Assembly: GCA_013265495.1 (NCBI GenBank)
Contig: MU057701.1
Location: forward strand, 1,240,001 to 1,304,000
DNA from: Vicugna vicugna
Lineage: Eukaryota
Reading direction: 5' to 3'
Length of the DNA: 64,000 nucleotides
Shown piece after piece: positions 36,011-48,948 of the stretch. A model generated the notes under the pieces. The model made no database searches, was not told where the DNA came from, and was given only the letters and a program-made list of their open reading frames with translations. The stretch's first letter is position 1, and each line of letters opens with the position of its first letter. The translations under genes and the position numbers were made by a program.

Positions 36011-38036
36011 GGCTGAGAACAAGGTTACTATACTAGCAGAGTGCCCCTTGATCGAATTCCCCAACTTCTTGAAGACAGGTCATCATTTCCTGTCTCTGAA
36101 ATACAAGTGACTGATTACTATACATACCCTTGAAGGTTATTTTGTTTTGAGGATGAAACGGATAGCAGATAAAACCTCTTTAGTGACCAAGTGTCAAATG
36201 AATGCATGGCCTGTCAGGTGCAAGTTCCTCGGCCAGACTATCCTTAAAAAATAATAGCCCTTTCAGCAAACAGGAAGCAGGAAGATGCAGTGGGCAAGTG
36301 TTTGGGGGCACTTTCCTTTCAAAAGTAGACAGCCTCTGATCACTTTCCCGTCGGTCTTTGAGGCTCACACAGAGAACGTGACTGCATCATCCTCCAGGCC
36401 AGTTCCTCCTGGGTGTCTTACAGACAGTTGGGCCTCTGCTGGCCAGACATCCCTTTGTGTCACCAAGGGCAACAGCCACAGGGATGCAGACCGGCTCTTC
36501 ATCTCCACGGAGGACAGGGGAGGAGCGAGCGGGTCTGGGAGTTTTTACATTAGTGATAAGGAAAGATTGGCAGGCTAAGAGTCTGGGAAGTGTACGTTAA
36601 AAAGAATTGTGCTGACCACGGGGGATGATTTAATGGACACAGTGAATTCATCCCTGTGCTTCCTTAACAGCTGCTGCCACAACTGTCATTTTTGCATTTT
36701 TGTGCTCACTTTTTTGATCAGGAGAGTCATTCATACTATTGTTACTTCCAGTAATAAGAACTACCACTTATCAGGTCCTCATGAGATAAATGGTTCTAAG
36801 TGCTTTACATACGTCTCATTTTACTTCTGCCACAGCACTGGGAGATAAGCAAGTTTCCTGCCATTGACATATGTGGACACTGGGGCTCTGAGAGGTTGAG
36901 TGGCGTGGTTACATCTCATAGTTCATCAAAGGCAAAGCCAGAGTTAGGACCGAGATCTATCTATCCATCCAAAGTTGGCCTCCCTCTTGATTATTATGAT
37001 AGATCTTTGAGATGGACAAAAGGGAGTTCATTCATTCAGTAATCATTTATCCAATGCCCACTCTGAGCCAGGCCGAGGACCTAACAGTGAGTAAGACATG
37101 TTCCCATCCCTTGGGGAGCTCATGTGAAGCAGGGGAACACCTTTGCAAACAGCTGCCACCACAAGTACACGGAGTGATAAGAACGCAGTACAGATGTCTC
37201 TCCCAAGAGGACAGCCCTCCGTCTCTGAACTGGGAGGGGGGGGGTCAAAAAAAAAAAGATGCATAAGTCCTAAGTGACGGGGTGAGGTAGCACATCCAGG
37301 AAAAGGCAGGGTTAGGATGCAAGCAAGTCTGTGTGACTCCAGGATGGAGTTCATGACCACCAGATCATGGGGCCAGGGTAGGCTCTCCCAACTCCTCCTA
37401 ATCTGACCCTGGCTCACTGCCCATTGTACCTTCCCCTCCCCCCCTTTCTCTGCTCTAGACCACCCTCCTGAAAAGCCACTCATCGTCCTTGGCACAAGCA
37501 GTTCCCTAAGCACCTGTGCACCCTGAAATGCCTGTCGTTAGCCCCACCCTACTTCATCTATCCAAAAAAAACCCCTTCCTCCAAGACTCCTCTCAAGCCC
37601 TATTCCTTTCTAGAATCTTCTTTGATTCCCCAGGCAAGGAGGGCCTTCTCCTTTCCTGACTGCCCCATCACTCACTGCCTCTGTGACACATTTTGATGTT
37701 TGGTTATTTTCAGCTTTGCTTTTTGAACCGGGAGGCCGTGCATCCCTCCTCTCCCCCTGCCCCCGAGTCTGGCTCTGGAGTCAGATAGACCTGGACTTGA
37801 ATCTCTGGGCTCTGGGGCTTGATGGCTGTGAGCTTTTGGATGAGCCTTGAACCTCTCTGAACTTCACCTTCTTCATCTGTAAAATGAATGTAATTTTCTC
37901 TTTCATGCCCACCCAGGAGGTTTATAACGAGAACTACATGAGGTCGTGGATATAAAGTCAGTTCTAGCTTGTGATTGACATTCAGTAAGATGTAACAACA
38001 GTCAAACATGCTAAACGACTTTCTCTTCTCCCAAAG

Positions 38037-38342
38037 GTGTGTCCGATCCCAGGGTGACGCTGGACAAGAAGGAGGTGATAGAAGGCGGGGTCGTGATGGT
38101 CAATTGTTCTGTCCCAGAGGAAAAGCCTCCAATACATTTCACAATTGAAAAACTGGAACTAAATGTAAAAGGTTCCAAGCAAAGAAAAAAGAAAACTTCT
38201 CAGAACCAGAATTTTGTGACCATGAAATTCACAGTCGAGGAACAAGACCATGCTATATCATTCCAGTGTCAAGCTATGATCTTTTCTGGGACCCACATGG
38301 AGACCTCTAAATCCATCAAGAGTGACCTGGTCACCGTGAGGG
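38037..38342 (+). CDS. PECAM1: PECAM1 exon 4, Ig domain 2
   Basis: GVSDPRVTLDKKEVIEGGVVMVNCSVPEEK...FQCQA...LVTVR; ccaaag/gtcaga; 306 nt. Confidence 0.97.
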
Positions 38343-38509
38343 GTCAGAGTCCTACTCTCCTTTTTATCATTCTTTCGGGTTTGCTGGTTTGGTCTGGGGA
38401 GAAAGAGCTGAGATTTGGAAAGGGGCTGGGGCTTCTGGCCGGGCTGCTGTCTCAAGACTATTCTAAATCACTTTATATTTTTCAAACTTTTTGGCTGTTA
38501 CCCAGTTAA

Positions 38510-38575
38510 AATATATATATACACACACATATATATACATATATATATAATGTATATATGTATATATATGTATAT
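38510..38575. repeat. (TA)-rich compound microsatellite
   Basis: TA/CA/TG mixed run. Confidence 0.85.
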
Positions 38576-39450
38576 GAATTTCCCCTCCAAAAGTTTTCCA
38601 TATGATACTTAACCTCAACATATGATGCATTTTGCTATTTTCTTTTCCATTCTGTTTCAGTTTTTTAAAACACTGGCCCTGACTCACTGAAATGATGCCT
38701 TGTGTGACCTGCAGTTTGGAAACCATGGCTTTAAGCCAATGCAGATCAGACCCAGGAAGTGGGATCTGAATAGGGAGGGAGTCTGCAGGGAAGAGGGGCC
38801 AAGTCCTCTGCCTTTGCCTCCCACATTTGATGAGGGATTCCCCTCCTCTGTCCACCCCAGAATCACCAAGACATTGGATAAATAGCAAACAAATGAGGTG
38901 ACCTGAGAAGTGCTCTCAGGAGAGAAAGACACCAGCAGAGGAAAGCCTGGGTGTGAGTGTCCAGGACAGAGAGAGCTCAGAGCTCCAGGACAGGCAACCA
39001 GCAGCTCCCTGGGACCTGAGGGAGAAGGACTTGTGAAGCAGGGAAGAGTCAGGGGAAGGCACACTCTAAGGCAGACAGCCTCAGATGTTTTCAAAGTAGG
39101 AGTCCTAATGTTTATCATAAATGACTATCTGCTTTTGACACCTTCTTTACCCCTGCCCATTGTGTATACATAATGCTATATATATTATGGGTACATAATA
39201 CATTGACTATATAGTATTATGTGTATACAACATAGTATTTTATATACACAATATTTTTCTGATTATAATACATGAGCTGAGTTAAATTTTCAGAAAATAT
39301 GGTAGTGTATAAAGTGTAAAGTGACAATCCTTCATAGTGCCACTCCTCCGAAAACCTCTTGTATGGTCTTCTAGATTTGTTCTGCTCATTTGTCATGCAC
39401 TCACAGTTTCTGCTTGTTTTTCTTTGTTTTTACAAAAAAAATAGGGCCTG

Positions 39451-39580
39451 AGGGGAGAGTATAGCTCAGTGGTGGAGCACATGCCTAGCATGCATGAGGT
39501 CCTGGGTTCAATCCCCAGTACCTCCATTAATAATAAATAAATAAGCCTAATTACCTCCTCCACAACCAAAAAAAAAAAAA
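39451..39580 (+). mobile_element. Vic-1-like SINE
   Basis: TSD aaaaaaaatagggcctg on both sides. Confidence 0.92.
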
Positions 39581-39972
39581 TAGGGCCTGTTAAACTTTTT
39601 CTTAACAACCAAAGCATGTATGGACTTTTGTCCAGATCAAGAAATATATATCTATACCATTTTAGTGACAACTTGGAATCCTGTTGTAAGGATGTGCCGT
39701 AATATATTTGCCTCACTTTCTATTGATAGACATTTAGGTATTTTCCCAGTTTTTTGCTACTAAGACAATCTTGCAACAGCCATACTTGCTCTTATAACTT
39801 GTGTGCTTTGGCGAGTATTTTATTATTTATGGGGTCAACTTTTTTATGCAAATGTTTTGTGGATTTTCAATATTGATGGATATTGCCAAAGTGTGCCTCA
39901 AAACAGCTGAACATTTCCATCAAAAGTGTTCATTTGCCCACATGCTTACCAACAGAATATTATCAATGTTTT

Positions 39973-40112
39973 TTTAAATTTTTTTTTAATTAATCTTTCT
40001 TGGGGGGGAATTAAGTTTGTTTATCTATTTATTTAATGGAGGCACTGGGGCTTGAACCCAGGACCTCATGCATGCTAGGCATACACTCTACCACTGAGCT
40101 ATACCCTCCCCC
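39973..40112 (-). mobile_element. Vic-1-like SINE
   Basis: TSD tattatcaatgtttt at 39958 and 40113. Confidence 0.92.
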
Positions 40113-41535
40113 TATTATCAATGTTTTATTATTTTTGACAAGCTAATTGAGACACAATGATATGTCATTGTTGTGATTTACATTTCTTTGGTCTTTAGTG
40201 ACTTGAGTGTGCTTTTTTTGTTTATTGGGCTGTTACATCCCCCTGCCCCATAAACTGCCTGTTCATACACACTTTGCCCACATTCACCACTTCTGATTGA
40301 TTTGTTTGAGCCCTTTATAATTTAAGGGATTAGCTCTTTGTCAGGTACTATGCAAATATTTTACCCACTTTATCATTTGTCTTTTATTTTTATTTCCATG
40401 AAGAAGCTTTTAATCTTTAGTTAATCATATTTATGCATCGTTTTTCCTTATGATATCCAGTTTTGTGATTCACACCTAAAGTTCTTCCACACTCCAAGAT
40501 TGTTAATGAAAAAATGCCCCTATGGTTTCTTTTAAGGTTTCTGTGGTTTAATTTTTTTTCTGCATTTAGATCGCTGGTGTGTCTGGAATTAGCTTGCGTA
40601 TCAGAAAAAAAACCTTTAGTTATTATCAAGCTGGCCCAGAGGGTACTTGTTGAATATCCCAAAAGATACCTTCTCTCTTTTTTTGTTTATTTTCGACTTT
40701 TACTCAGGAAAACAGCCCCTTTTTTAAATTATAGCTTTTTATTGTGAATTTCAATGACTTTACAGTTAAAAAAATAACTAATGAATATTAAAGTATTATA
40801 TCACTCTAAATTCCCTATTCTAAATTGGCATTTTTAAATGTCCTTAACTGTATTTTACATAGTTATAATTTGTGCATATACTTTCTTATGCTCTGCTATT
40901 TTTTTTGGTGGGAGCAGAAGCCTAGCCCTACTTCACCATCTTCTGAAGATCTGACATCCTGGTATTTTATTAAAACAATGTTTTTCAAACTGCATGAGCC
41001 ATGAAATCAATTTTGTCAGTCACACAGCATTATTTAAAAAGAGGTAGAATAGACTAGAAATCACTTTTTGAGGGCATACAGTTATTTAAATATGCATTTC
41101 CATGAAGCTACTCTTGAAAAGCTATGGAATATCTATGCTGAAATGCCAAAGTCCCATGAAATGGTATGAGAAGAGCCTAGAAAGTCCTTGCTGGACAGAG
41201 GGAAGGGTCTGTTTCTAACTGCTGTGATTATTTCTGAGATCATTTGAAGAAGGTCCTGCAGATGAGGGCTAAGGAAGATGGGTTGGCCTTTGGGAAGCTT
41301 AAGAAAGTTAGAGAATTGAGATTAAGAAGCCTGAAGATGCAAGAATGAGCGAGAAGGGAGGGAGCATCCCAGCAGCCTAGGCAAAGGTTTTGGAGAAGAA
41401 AAGGTTGAAAAAAATGTTTTTAATTAATAAGGAAAAACTGTGGTGGCATCAAAAAGAGTAAAAAAGGGGAGGAAGTGCCTTCTCCCCTTACCCAGGTTTG
41501 AACCTGAGTCCAACCAGCTTGTCCTCTTCTTGTAG

Positions 41536-41808
41536 AATCCTTCTCTAACCCCAGGTTTCACATCAGCCCCAAGGGACTGATCACAGAAGGAGATCAGCTC
41601 CACATCAAGTGCACCATTCAAGTGACACACCTGGCCCAGTCGTTTCCGGAAATCATAATCCAGAAGGACAAGGTGATTGTAGCGCATAATCGCAGCATCG
41701 AGGCCCAGTTCTCAGTGATGGCCATGGTGGAGCACAATGGCAACTACACCTGCAAAGTGGAAGCCAGCCACATATCCAAGGTCAACAGCATCGTGGTCAA
41801 CATAACAG
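41536..41808 (+). CDS. PECAM1: PECAM1 exon 5, Ig domain 3
   Basis: ESFSNPRFHISPKGLITEGDQLHIKCTIQ...GNYTCKVEAS...VVNIT; ttgtag/gtaggg; 273 nt. Confidence 0.97.
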
Positions 41809-42009
41809 GTAGGGCTGCTGTCGGAAGGTGTTGGCATATGGCGGGCTCAAGACGCAGCTCTGCTGGAACCCAGGGTGGACAGTGAGAGCTGACACTTCTG
41901 CTCCGCTGGTCTGTGCAGGGGTGTGGTACTTGTGGGGAGAAGTCATGGCAGGTTCCTGTATCGCTGTCCTCACAGGGTCAGGGATGAGAAAGCACTAGTA
42001 AACTCAAAA

Positions 42010-42440
42010 ATAATAGTAACAGTTCCTCTCTGTTGAACATTCGACGCCTGGTTACTTTTCCATTTCATGCTCATAGCTCTGCTGTAAGGTAGGCATTATG
42101 ATTCTGGCTTTACAGATGTGGAAACTGAAGCTGAGAAGTTAGGTAACTCACGCAACAATTACAGGGGTGCCAAGTGGCAGAGCCAGAATCACTCCCAGGC
42201 CTGTTAGATTTGCAAAAGTTCCCTTGGACTCCTTCCACCTTTACCTGCCTTTACTTCTCACAGCACTTACCACCAGAAAGACATGGTCCTTCTTCCTGTG
42301 TATTGTGTGTATTCAGGCACTAGAATATAAGCTAGTGAGGACAGGAACTTTATCTATTTTATCCAGTGCCATATCCTTAACACCTAGAACAGTGCCTGGT
42401 ACATAGTAGGAATTCAATACGTATTTGTTGGATAAACAAA
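42010..42440. mobile_element. MIR (~42010-42220) and L2 3' end (~42300-42440)
   Basis: tttacagatgtggaaactgaagct; cctagaacagtgcctggtacatagtagg. Confidence 0.7.
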
Positions 42441-42704
42441 TGAGCATTGGATGACAGTGCTGCAGAGGGCAGAAGCAGCACTTCTCGGTTACCAAGTAAA
42501 AGTGTCCATTCGTTCATCATTTGTTCACATTCTTGATTTGTTCAATCATCTACTGAAAGCTTCCTCCTTGTCAAGCACTGAGTGCATAGTCACAGTGACA
42601 GTCCCTGGTGTCATAAGTCCGCTGCCAACTACCCAACTAGGTGATTGGCATGTGTTGGATCCTGCCGGTCTATATACCAGGTTGGATCCTGGTAACAATT
42701 TAGT

Positions 42705-42842
42705 TTATTATTTTTATTTTATTTTATTTTGGGAGAGATAATTAGTTTTATTTATTTATGTTTAAAGGAGGTACTGGGAAGTGAACCCAGGACCTTGTGC
42801 ACGCTAAGCATGCACTCTACCACTGAGTTCTACCCTCCCCCC
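42705..42842 (-). mobile_element. Vic-1-like SINE
   Basis: gaacccaggaccttgtgcacgctaagcatgcactctaccactgag. Confidence 0.88.
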
Positions 42843-44153
42843 TAATTATTGATAATGGCATATTTTGATGGGACATATTTTTCACTGATAAGACATACAT
42901 TATCTCATTAGAGAAAAGTATTCAGTTCAACATCTACTGAGAACCTTGTGTATACTGGGCAACTTTGAGGGGAATGGAGAGCTGCCTAAAGCCAGGCTTT
43001 GCCTTTGAGGAATTCACAGACATACACAGATCGTTAGAATACAGTGAACAGCCACACTAAAGGCATGGGTATTCTGCTGTGAGGGCAGCAGGAACCAAGT
43101 GGCAAACACATGGGCTGTTTCACCCTTTAAAGCAGCACCCTGACCTTTGGGCCAAACTACATTAGGAAAATATAAAGCATCGTTAGACCATCAGATACTC
43201 TTGTGGTAGCTGACCCCCTACATCCAGAAGTCTGAGTCATACAGGGTCTATAAGTCAGTCAGGAGCTGGATCTCCCCAGCCCAAGAAAGCACAGTGTTCT
43301 GCTTGGCCTGCCCTTCCCAGCCCCTCAGCCTAGGGCTCTGTGATCCTGTTCCATGGAGAGCTCCCCAAGCCATGCCAGGGCTGGCAGGCAGCACCCCCAC
43401 ATTCAAGTGCTACAAGCCTTTGGACATGGTTCCAGGCCCACTTACGCATCTGGTTTTCCACTCCTCTTTTGCTATCAAGCCTCACTGTGAGTGACTCCAT
43501 ACAGTGATGTTGGAGGCTCACAATAATTTTGTGAATGTAAGAATCATTTAATTAGTCATTCATCTTTAGATGTAAAGTAGGTTTTCTTCACCCCCTACTG
43601 TCTGCCTTTTCAGACCCAAACTGTCATCAACTTTGCTGACTCTCAACTCTGTCCTGTCTTCTCATCTCTGCAGTCACACCCTAATGATTCTCCAAGTCTA
43701 GGTTCAGCGTCCCCTAGTTTATGGGCTCTGCTGCAAACGCTGCCTGAATCACCCACTACACGTAAACACTTTGGAGTCAATGACTTTTTCACTGCTATCT
43801 CCCCCATGCCAAGCACAGAGATGACCTGAAATAAATACCTGTGGAATGAAATGAGTGGATGAATAAATGAGTGAATGCCTGAATCATTACTTGCTGCCTT
43901 GCAAGTTGCACATTTTTTCTAATCCATTTCTGTGAAATAAATTGGATTTATGGGGGAGGAAAACCTGCCACTGGAATCCCAGGCAAAGAATGAACCCTAG
44001 CTCTTCAGTTGTGTGATCATCAGGTACATGAGAAGCAGAAAGCTGGGAATTGATTTGCCAAAAGCATCTGGGCCAAAGGCCTCTCCCTCAAGGGGGACTC
44101 TGGGGTCGGTACCGGGAAACATCTCACCCCGTTCCCACCCACTGTTTCTTCAG

Positions 44154-44402
44154 AGCTATTTTCCAAGCCAAAGCTGGAGTCTTCCGCCACACGTCTGGAC
44201 CAGGGTGAAGTTCTGAACCTGTGGTGCTCCATCCCGGGAGTGCCTCCAGCCAACTTCACCATCCTGAAGGAAGACACGATTGTGTCGCAGTCTCAAAATT
44301 TCACCAAGGTAGCCTCAGCGCAGGACAGTGGGGCGTACATCTGCGTCGCAGGCATGGGCAAGGTGGTCAAGAGAAGCAACGCGGTTTGGATAACCGTGTG
44401 TG
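44154..44402 (+). CDS. PECAM1: PECAM1 exon 6, Ig domain 4
   Basis: ELFSKPKLESSATRLDQGEVLNLWCSIPG...DSGAYICVAG...ITVC; cttcag/gtgagt; 249 nt. Confidence 0.97.
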
Positions 44403-45616
44403 GTGAGTACGTCCTCGCCGGCTCAGAGAGTCCCGGGATTGAATGGGAGAAAGAGAATTTATCACCAGCTGCCACCCTCTCCAGTCTGAAGGCAGTGCAG
44501 ACTGAGGCAGGGTAAGAACTCGGGGGAAAGAGAGAGGAGCGGAAACAAGAGCCCAACAGCAGCAAGTGGGTATTTCTGCTCAGAGTTCAGGAGAAAGGCC
44601 ATCCGAGGGAGATGTCGCTGGTGGAAGTCACGTGCAGGGCTTTGTTGTGGCTGCGTGCTGATGACGCGGCCTCTGAATTGGCAAGAGTCTGGCTGCTCAA
44701 ACAGGCACCCACCCAGAGGGCCAGGGAGGAAACATGGCTTAGTCAACGCTGAACTTTAAGATCTAAGTTTCGGTTTTCAATCCATACCCTGGCTGACCAG
44801 AAGGGCTAGCAGAAATAGGTACTGGGACCACCTAGAGCCAGGCTTCTCAGATTGAACGTGCCCACAAAATCTGGTTAGGATGCAGGGCAGGATGGGGCCA
44901 GATTTTGCACCTTGGGGATGCTGGTGGTGCTGGGCCCTGGACCACACCCTGAGTAGGGAAGTTCTAAGAGGATGTGGAACTCCAGTCCAGCTATCACTGT
45001 CACTGTTCTTATTCAGTCATGGTCCTTCAGTTTAGCCTGTGGCTTTGGTTTATCTAGCCAAGATCTTAGTCTCAACCAAAGCAGGATTTTAGCCGTCATC
45101 TAATGTGAGAGACAAATGTGGGTCATTCCATTTTAACCTTTTGTCTTGCTGTAGTTCTTGGGAAGAGGTCATTTCATTTTATAAGCTAATTTCTAAATAA
45201 TGACCTAGTATAATTTATGTTTCTGAGGTGTGAAATTTACTATTTGGAGAGGCTGAGGCACTGAGAATTTGTTTAAAATATATTCTGGTTAGATATTTGT
45301 TATAATTTTTAACGTTTTCTTGTGTCTCTTCTCAATACGGAAAAAAAACCACCCACATGAGTGTGTACGTATGTTCACATAAATAAGATACATGAAAATA
45401 TAAACATATATTTAGGGGGATGTAATGTTCTTCTTGAATTTGTGTCATCCTTTTTTGTTTGTTCTCTTTTCCTCTCCCTCCTCGACAACCTTAAAGAAGT
45501 TCTATAAAGGTAGATAAGGCAGACAGGCATTTTAAATCACAGTAATGACAGAGAAAGCTAAGCCCAGAGTTTGGAGAAGGAACCCCTCGGGCTGGATGTT
45601 TTGCTTCAGACTGTTT

Positions 45617-45636
45617 CTCTCTCTCTCTCTCTCTCT
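45617..45636. repeat. (CT)10 forming the exon 7 polypyrimidine tract
   Basis: ends 10 nt before exon 7. Confidence 0.9.
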
Positions 45637-45646
45637 GTCATTCTAG

Positions 45647-45922
45647 AAATGCTTTCCAAGCCCAGTATTTTTCATGACTCCAGGTCTGAGGTGATAAAAG
45701 GACAGACCATAGAAGTCAGTTGTCAGTCCATAAATGGAACCTCGCCCATTGATTATGACCTTTTAAAAGCAAGTAACCTGTTGGCGAGTCAGAAAATAGG
45801 CTCAAATGAGCCAGCGGTATTCAAAGATAATCCAACAAAAGATGTAGACTACCAGTGCCTGGTGGATAACTGCCATTCCCACGCCAAAGTGGTCAGCGAA
45901 GTTCTTCGGGTCAAGGTGATAG
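45647..45922 (+). CDS. PECAM1: PECAM1 exon 7, Ig domain 5
   Basis: EMLSKPSIFHD...EVSCQSINGTSPI...YQCLVDNCHSH...VKVI; ttctag/gtaagt; 276 nt. Confidence 0.97.
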
Positions 45923-48013
45923 GTAAGTTGCTGTGCTGGAGAAGAATTCACGTGGGATTGGGGCTTTAGTTGACATTCTCAAAGGTTTAGAGTGGACAGG
46001 AGAAGTGAGTGGTTCTTGTGCAAAGTTCCTACACACGACACGTGGCAAAGCAGGACCAAGGCCCCAGTAAATGGGGTGGGAAGGTATGTGGGAGTTATTG
46101 GTATGGCCAGTGTCACTTCTTTCAAACAAACTGCTAAAATATAAGCGGGAAGTGTCCCAACTTCAGGAAGTGCTTTGAGGCCCTGCCAGCACTCGCTCCT
46201 GTTTAGATGAACTGACAGCCATCTCTGAGAGTTACAGGCCAGAGCTCTCACACCATGAGCACTCGGCGGGGCAAGTCTTGCCACATGTGGAGTGCACAGC
46301 AGTCTGAGCTGCAGGCTGCTGCTGGGCTCTCCTACTCAAGAGAAACGAACCACTGTCCTCGGATGGATACTTTTCCTCCAGCCTCCATCTTCTCAGAAGG
46401 CCTCAGGAGGATGATCGCTTGCGCCTCTGAGATATTCTGCATCTTGCTGTAAAAAGCTTGATAAGGCTTCCTCTTCCTCCTCTTCCTTTCTCTTTAATAA
46501 CTGCTTACCTACATGTGCCACGTGGACTTCTTGTGTTGGACAGCAAGTCCTCCTACTGTTAATATACAACCTAAGAGTAGCAATACTTTTCAAATTAACA
46601 TCAATATATATTTAGCACCTAGTGCTATAAAGTCTATAGGAAAAAAAAAAGAAGACATATTCTTTGTTTTCAATTATATAACAAGAAACACAGGATGCAT
46701 TTTAATATATTTGAATAACGGTGCAAATGAACATTGGGGAAATGTTACTGGGCAACATATGGTTAATTGTCACACAAGCTCTCCTTGCCATGATGGTGAT
46801 AGGAATTTAGGGCATGCAAGAGACCATCCAGCTGGAGGGAGAAGAGCTGGGTTAGGAGCCAGGGCTTGACAGTGGGTAGGCAGAGAGGGCTAGAGATGGT
46901 CCCCAGCATAGTCAAATACATGGGCAGAAGGCTATATGGAGCAGATCAAGAGGCTGTGGGTGCATCCGATGGCTGGAGACAGAGGTTGATAATGGAGAGT
47001 CATTGGATATAAATTGAAAGGGTGACTTTTCTAACTGCAAAGGGAGTCAAGCACCAGTCTTAGGAGTTGGGAACTTGTCCTGTGTGCAGTGAAGAGCCAG
47101 AAGACGGAAGAGGGACATGCAGAGAATGGGATCTTGGGAAGATTAACCAGCTGGTCCTATCAGTTAGAAGCAGTGGAGACTTCAGACCTTACGATACCTT
47201 AAGAAGCTAACGTAGAAGCCCATGTGAGACTGTTGGTTTAAACTGGGTCAATATTAGTGGCTAACATTTACTGAGTTCTGACCACGTGTTCACCCCTATG
47301 TGAAGTATTTTAGTAAATTATTCCCATTCATACTTACAGTAGCCACATAAGACCCATAATAATATCATCCTTATTTTATAATGAGGAAACTAAGGCTTAA
47401 GATAAACAGCTGGGGGGCAGTAGGGTTAGGAATTGAGGGCAAGCAGTCTGGTCCCTGAGCCTGGCTTGCCGCCACCCCTTGTGCTTCAGGAGCGAGGTTG
47501 TCAGGTCAGCCTGCACCCTCCAGGAGTCTGCCCTTGGGGTTGACCCCACCGTCCCATCCTGGGCCTGCTGCTCCCTTTTGTTGGCTTGGCGGCCCCATGG
47601 TCTGGCCACCCCCTGCACTATGCCAGTCTGCTGATCAGTTCATTCTCACACTAGTAGAAATGTACTTGGGAAGACAATTTAGGATCAGAATTTTGGTGGT
47701 TGAACAGGGAGGGAAAGGAGATATGGGAGGGCGGTGAGTTTTGCTTGGATCTGCCGGGAAAGAGAGGCAGGCAGGGGTTCTCAGTGGATATGCCCAAGTA
47801 AAATTCAAAACTCGGGATTCAGGGGAGTCACCTGGACTAGAGCTATATATCTAGGCATGAAATGCTGTATGTTTACGTGTTAAACACACAAGCAGAAGCT
47901 ATAATGTAGGTGAAATCACCAAAGAGGAGCACAGAGATGGCAAACCAAGGACTGAATTTTATAGGAAGCCTGCATTTCAGGAGCAAAAGGAAGAAAGATT
48001 GGTGAATATCTGA

Positions 48014-48155
48014 CTTTTTCTTTTTAGTTTTTTTTGGGGGGGCTGGTAATTAGTTTTATTTACTTTATTTATTTTTAGAGGAGGTGCTAGGGATTGAACC
48101 CAGAACCTCCTGCATGGTAAGCATGCTCTCTACCACTTGAGCTATACCCTCCCCC
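48014..48155 (-). mobile_element. Vic-1-like SINE
   Basis: gggattgaacccagaacc...ctctaccacttgagctataccctcccc. Confidence 0.88.
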
Positions 48156-48948
48156 TAAAGACTGGTGAACAAAGAGGAACTGGCAGGCAAGGAGGTAAGA
48201 GAATGAGGGTTGTAATGTATCCCAGAAGCCCAGAGAAAGCTGAGTTCTAAAGGAAGGGCTGGGCGTCAGGTGAGAGCTGTAGGGAGGCTAAGGATGGGAA
48301 GTCAGGAAGAACACCTACCACTGGATTTAGTCTCAGGGAACTCACAAGGATGAGCTAGTCAGGGATCAGCTGACCTTTCAAGTTTCTTCAAAATCAGAGG
48401 TACTGTGCAGTTTCAGAAGCAGACGGATAGAAGTCAGATTTTGGGGCTGAGAAGAAAGTGGGAAATGAGAAAAGGAGGAGAAAAACAGGACAGTAGCCAG
48501 TGTGTCAAGGTTATTTGCTCATAAGATCTGGAAGCGCCATGCATCTTTGTGAGCAGAGAGAGAAATCACATGCAGACACACACACACTCACTTACACAAA
48601 TACACACACACACACAGGCTCCCCCAGAACACACCCCCAGCAGAAGACATGGGTTCATGGTAGAGTCAAGCCGAGTGCTCAGTAGTACTTGACATGGAAT
48701 GTGAAGGGAGGTGTCCCTAGCATCTTGTGTCTAGTCAACATGCGAGGACAGGGGGTATCCACTGCTGCCCTTCTGGGCTACTTGGGAGAAAATGTGAAGA
48801 ATGTGGGATCCCAGGAGTGACTTGAATAAAGGGCAAAATCCAAGTCCAAGTCACAGTGGGCAGAAGGCTGGCCTTGACCAGTGGCTGTGTCATGTTGCTT
48901 CTCTTCCCCACTTCTTTTCTCAGTGCTAATATTTTTCCTGCTTTTCAG

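Noticed and set aside
45421..45452. Similarity to the reverse complement of the U6 snRNA 3' end (gaatttg..tgtcatcctt)
   Set aside because: Only ~30 nt with gaps and no 5' part; cannot be distinguished from chance
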